In this document: positions 60,363 through 64,000 of the stretch, piece by piece
Layout of the letters: every line of letters begins with the position of its first letter
Numbering within the stretch: the stretch's first letter is position 1
Assembly (NCBI GenBank): GCA_963793265.1
Contig: CAWBZI010000003.1
Coordinates: 1-64,000 of the forward strand
Direction of reading: 5' to 3'
DNA: 64,000 nt
DNA from: an uncultured cyanobacterium
Lineage (GTDB): Bacteria > Cyanobacteriota > Cyanobacteriia > Phormidesmidales > Phormidesmidaceae
Notes under the pieces: generated by a model
The model's database searches: none
What the model was told of the DNA's origin: nothing
Seen by the model: the letters and a program-made list of their open reading frames with translations, nothing else
Program-made: the position numbers and the translations under genes

Positions 60363-61140
60363 ATGCTAGATCTGACCGGAAAAAAGGCCCTTGTGACCGG
60401 CATCGCTAACAACCGCTCAATTGCCTGGGGCATTGCTCAGCAGCTCCACGCAGCGGGCGCAGAAATCGGCGTTACCTACTTGCCCGATGACAAAGGGACG
60501 AGCTGAGGGCAAGGTGAAGAAGCTAACTGAGCCACTTGAGCCCAGCCTCTTTTTGCCTTGCAACGTGCAGGACGACGCCCAGGTAGACGAGCTGTTTGCC
60601 ACCGTCAAAGAAAAGTGGGGCACGTTTGACATTCTCATTCACTGCCTGGCCTTTGCCAATCGCGACGATCTCACAGGCGCTTTCAGTGACACCTCACGAG
60701 CCGGATTTGATTTAGCGCTGAGCGTAAGCGCATATTCTTTGGTGCAGCTAGCTAAAGGCGCAAAAGCACTAATGCCTGAAGGTGGCAATATCGTTACGCT
60801 TACCTACCTCGGCGGCGTTCGGGTCGTACCTAACTACAACGTCATGGGTGTGGCTAAGGCGGCATTGGAAATGAACGTACGCTATTTGGCGGCTGATTTA
60901 GGCCCGCAGAATATTCGAGTCAATGGCATTTCCGCAGGCCCTATTCGCACCTTGGCCTCATCGGCCATTGGCGGCATTCTAGACATGATTCACCATGTTG
61001 AAGAAGTAGCTCCACTCAGACGAACTGTCACGCAAACTGAAGTCGGCAATGCGGCTGCATTCTTGTGTAGTGACTTGTCAAGCGGGATTACGGGTCAAGT
61101 CGTTTATGTAGATTCTGGCTACGCGATTATGGGGATGTAG
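60363..61140 (+). CDS. fabI: Enoyl-ACP reductase FabI (one extra base near 60495)
   Basis: [25 protein letters not shown] from ATG 60363 joins the ...[12 protein letters not shown]...[10 protein letters not shown] frame if one G of GGG at 60495-60497 is removed. Confidence 0.92.
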
Positions 61141-61152
61141 CTTAGCTCCGAT

Positions 61153-62827
61153 TTAGTCGGTGAACGCGCTATCAATGGCACCGACTGCAACAGGTTGAGA
61201 TTCAGGGTTAAGGAGAGGTTGCAGGGCGATCGCCTGAGCCTCTTTCATTTGCCCGTAGGTAAACACGCAGGGCGTTCCAGTCGGTAGTATTGGCTGAATT
61301 TGTTGCCACACGTAAGGGCTGCCGTAGACGATGACGGCCTGCACGTTGCGGCCTAGCGCTTGGATGTATTGCTGGGTGATCGCACTCAACCCAACCCCGC
61401 TACGAAACGGATTGCCCCGAATAAAAAGCTGCACCAGGGTAGTCGCTTCTATATCTAATCGATCAACGTCTGCACTTCTGCTATCAACCAGCGTCAAACG
61501 GTAGCCTTGAGCGCCCGGCACCGTCACCGCAGGCGCAGTGCGATCTAAAAACGGGCAGTGCAGCACGTCATCCACGAGCACCAAATTTTGACCGGGAATG
61601 AGAGGGGCGCTGATTGCCTGACCCAGGCTTTTAGCGGGCGCGTGGCTCACCTGCTGAGCACGTTGCAGAATGTCTTTGGCAAGTGCTCTGGTCGGCTCAG
61701 TGGCTAGATACTCAAGCTGAACGGGTGGCACGGCCTGCTGCTGCCAGGCGTGCTGCGAAAAAGAGTCGGTGACGGGTAAGTCGGCAATTCTGTGCTTTCG
61801 CTCGCCAGATGCGTTCGACGGCTCGCAGGATAACCGCTGGCTCGATTCGGCCTTCATTTACCGCCGCACAAACAGCCGCGATCGCCCCTTCCACATTCTC
61901 CGGCATCAGCAGAACATCAACCCCCGCCTCCACCGCTAGCACCGCCGCTTCATCTGCGCCGTAGTGCTGAGTAATGCCACCCATCACCAGCGCGTCGGTT
62001 ACAATCAGCCCGTCAAAGCCCATATCCTGCCGCAGCAGGCCGCTGAGAGTCACTTTGGAGAGCGTAGCGGGATACTCAGGGTCAACGTTGGGGAGCTGGA
62101 GGTGAGCGGTCATGATGCTGTCTACTTTAGAGGCGATCGCCCGCTCGAAAGGCACCAGTTCCAACGCCTGCAACCGTTCAAAATCGTGAGGCACGACAGG
62201 TAGGCTCAAATGCGAATCCATATCCGTATCGCCATGGCCGGGAAAATGCTTAGCTGATGTCAGCACCGGAAACGCCCGCGCGCCTTCAATAAAAGCACTC
62301 GTCAGCGCTGCTACCGTCTGAGCACTTTCGCCAAAAGCCCGCACGTTAATCACCGGATTAGCCGGGTTATTATTCACATCCACGACTGGAGCCAGCAGCC
62401 AGTTCAGCCCGATTGCCGTAGCTTCTTGAGCAATACTTTCTCCCATCTGCCGCGCCAAATCTACCGCCAAAGGCAAATCCTCGCGCGCAATCTGGCCTAG
62501 TGCCATCGGTGGGGGAAACCACGTCGCCCCGCTAAAGCGCTGCCCGACGCCCTCTTCAATATCAGCCGCCATCAATAGCGGATACTTTGCTAAAGACTGA
62601 AGCTGCTGCGTTCGGACGCCGACTTCAGCCGCACTGCCGCCCAGCAAAATCACGCCACCCACGCCCAGCGCCAGCACCCGCTCTAGCTCAGCATTCGTCG
62701 CCTCCCACTGCGGATAGGCCACCTCATGATCGAATAGATGGCCTGTCGTTCGCACCACGATCATCTGAGCCACCTGCTCAGCGAGGCTTAGCGTTTCGGG
62801 GCTCGGTAATCGCGTCGTTGCCAGCAT
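61153..62827 (-). CDS. GH3 beta-N-acetylhexosaminidase (NagZ-like), one extra base near 61797
   Basis: ADIEEGVG, APVVDVN, KHFPGHGDT..DSH and IVTDAL motifs. The two track ORFs join as ...RIWRAKHRIADLP... after removing one T of 61796-61798. Confidence 0.88.
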
Positions 62828-62854
62828 GTCAGGGCGTCCACCGTTCAATTTCTT

Positions 62855-63259
62855 CTAAGTATCTGCTTCGCTCGTCTCTTCAGCATCAATCGAGTCTCCT
62901 GCCTTTCGCTCAGCGCTAATTTGATTGATTACGTTGAGCACATCTGTCGCCAAGTCAAACGAGCGGTCTTCTTTAAAAGTAACTTCAGGCGTTCGCCTCA
63001 GCTTCATTCGCTGCCCTAGCTCCCGGCGTACGTAGCCCTGAGCGGCTCTAAGCCCTTCCATCGTCTCAGCTTTAGCCTCATCAGTGCCATAGATGCTGAC
63101 AAATATCTTGGCGTGCTGCAAATCGCCAGCGACATCTACATCGGTAATGCTGACCATACCCGCACCCACGCGGTCGTCTTTGATGCCGTTGATAAGCATC
63201 TGACTGACTTCGCGCTTGATGGCCGTCGAAACTCGCGCGACTCTTCTGCTGGTAGCCAT
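62855..63259 (-). CDS. rbfA: Ribosome-binding factor A
   Basis: [28 protein letters not shown] and LRRTPEV.F motifs. Confidence 0.97.
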   Translation of the reverse strand: MATSRRVARVSTAIKREVSQMLINGIKDDRVGAGMVSITDVDVAGDLQHAKIFVSIYGTDEAKAETMEGLRAAQGYVRRELGQRMKLRRTPEVTFKEDRSFDLATDVLNVINQISAERKAGDSIDAEETSEADT

Positions 63260-63317
63260 AGTGGTTTAAAAGGAGTGATTCAAAAGGGCAAGCGTACTGT
63301 CGAGAACGTGCTTGTTG

Positions 63318-63515
63318 TCAGGCGATTCCTAGCATGGCCTGGAGGGTAAAGGTGAGGCCAATCATGCCTGCGATCAGGGCGCTAATGAGTGCGATCGCTG
63401 TAAAAGGATTGTTTAGCAACGGCCCTAAAGGGGCGAGCGCGTTGTACAAAATGCCGAAGGTAAAGCTGATCAGATAGCGAGGATAGCGAGAAACATTGTT
63501 GATAAATTCTTCCAT
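63318..63515 (-). CDS. DUF751 family protein
   Basis: F..NVSRYPRYLI...LQAMLG; conserved position upstream of rbfA. Confidence 0.88.
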   Translation of the reverse strand: MEEFINNVSRYPRYLISFTFGILYNALAPLGPLLNNPFTAIALISALIAGMIGLTFTLQAMLGIA

Positions 63516-63602
63516 GGTGTCAGTCGGGGGCGGATGTGCGCTTCACTTAAGCTATCCTACCGCAAGCGATATTTAACGGTTGCTTACCTACATAGCCTTT
63601 TT

Positions 63603-64000
63603 ATGGCCAACGCTCCTTTTCCTTCGGCTAATGCTGTTTCAGGCCATACGGTTTCGGCTAATACCGCGCAGATGCGCGCGATCGCCCGTCCCTTTCTCAA
63701 ATGGGCAGGTGGCAAAGCACGACTCATCGACCAGTACAAGCCATTTTTACCCGTCGAGTTTGGCAGCTATCACGAACCATTCTTAGGCGGCGGTGCGCTG
63801 TTTTTCCATCTGGCCGCGCGGCTACAGGCACAGGGAAAGAAGGCTTATTTGAGCGATCTCAATCCTGAGCTGGTGAACGTGTATCAGTGTGTGCGTGACC
63901 ATGTAGAACCGCTGATTGTGCTACTCAAAGAGCATCAGGAGCGACATGGAGAAGCGCGGTATTATGAGGTGCGATCGCACATACAAACCGACCCCATCAA
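63603..64000 (+). CDS. dam: Dam-family (D12) DNA adenine methyltransferase, runs off the window
   Basis: Manual translation from ATG 63603: ...RPFLKWAGGKARLI...YHEPFLGGGALFFHL...AYLSDLNPELVNVY. Absent from the ORF track. Confidence 0.9.
   Translation, partial: MANAPFPSANAVSGHTVSANTAQMRAIARPFLKWAGGKARLIDQYKPFLPVEFGSYHEPFLGGGALFFHLAARLQAQGKKAYLSDLNPELVNVYQCVRDHVEPLIVLLKEHQERHGEARYYEVRSHIQTDPI

Noticed and set aside
1..64000. CRISPR array or cas genes
   Set aside because: No regularly spaced 25-40 bp repeats with unique spacers seen; the repeats found are HIP1 or short coding tandem repeats.

Overview
Cyanobacterial chromosomal DNA. The HIP1 octamer GCGATCGC is very frequent, and ntcA, pex, cyAbrB, a hik2-like kinase and ccb1 are present; a Leptolyngbya/Phormidesmis-like lineage is my guess. 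Core genes at about 6-14 kb, 36.5-39.5 kb and 46-64 kb surround several accessory blocks. (i) Wzy/WaaL-like gene, FkbM methyltransferase, PEP-CTERM protein and vapBC beside tRNA-Pro(CGG). (ii) A membrane-anchored Card1/DUF1887-like nuclease. (iii) A CP-ATP-grasp/alpha-E/transglutaminase operon whose usual Anbu protease partner lies 16 kb away on the other strand. (iv) A four-gene module, DUF1822 / transmembrane CHAT-protease receptor / sigma-like factor / DUF1822, which is the best candidate for an uncharacterised protease-gated signalling system. (v) A truncated Pgl/BREX-2 locus (pglY-pglZ only), broken at a chimeric junction between a 5'-truncated mazF and the 3' half of a group II intron inserted in a DUF1016 gene. 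(vi) A 1156-aa HTH/TPR-like orphan divergent from an NfeD-like gene. Across the window, local GC skew appears to flip at HIP1 sites (G-rich before, C-rich after) regardless of coding strand. Single-base frameshifts in fabI and the GH3 gene are probably sequencing errors. All family calls come from motif recognition by eye; no searches were run.
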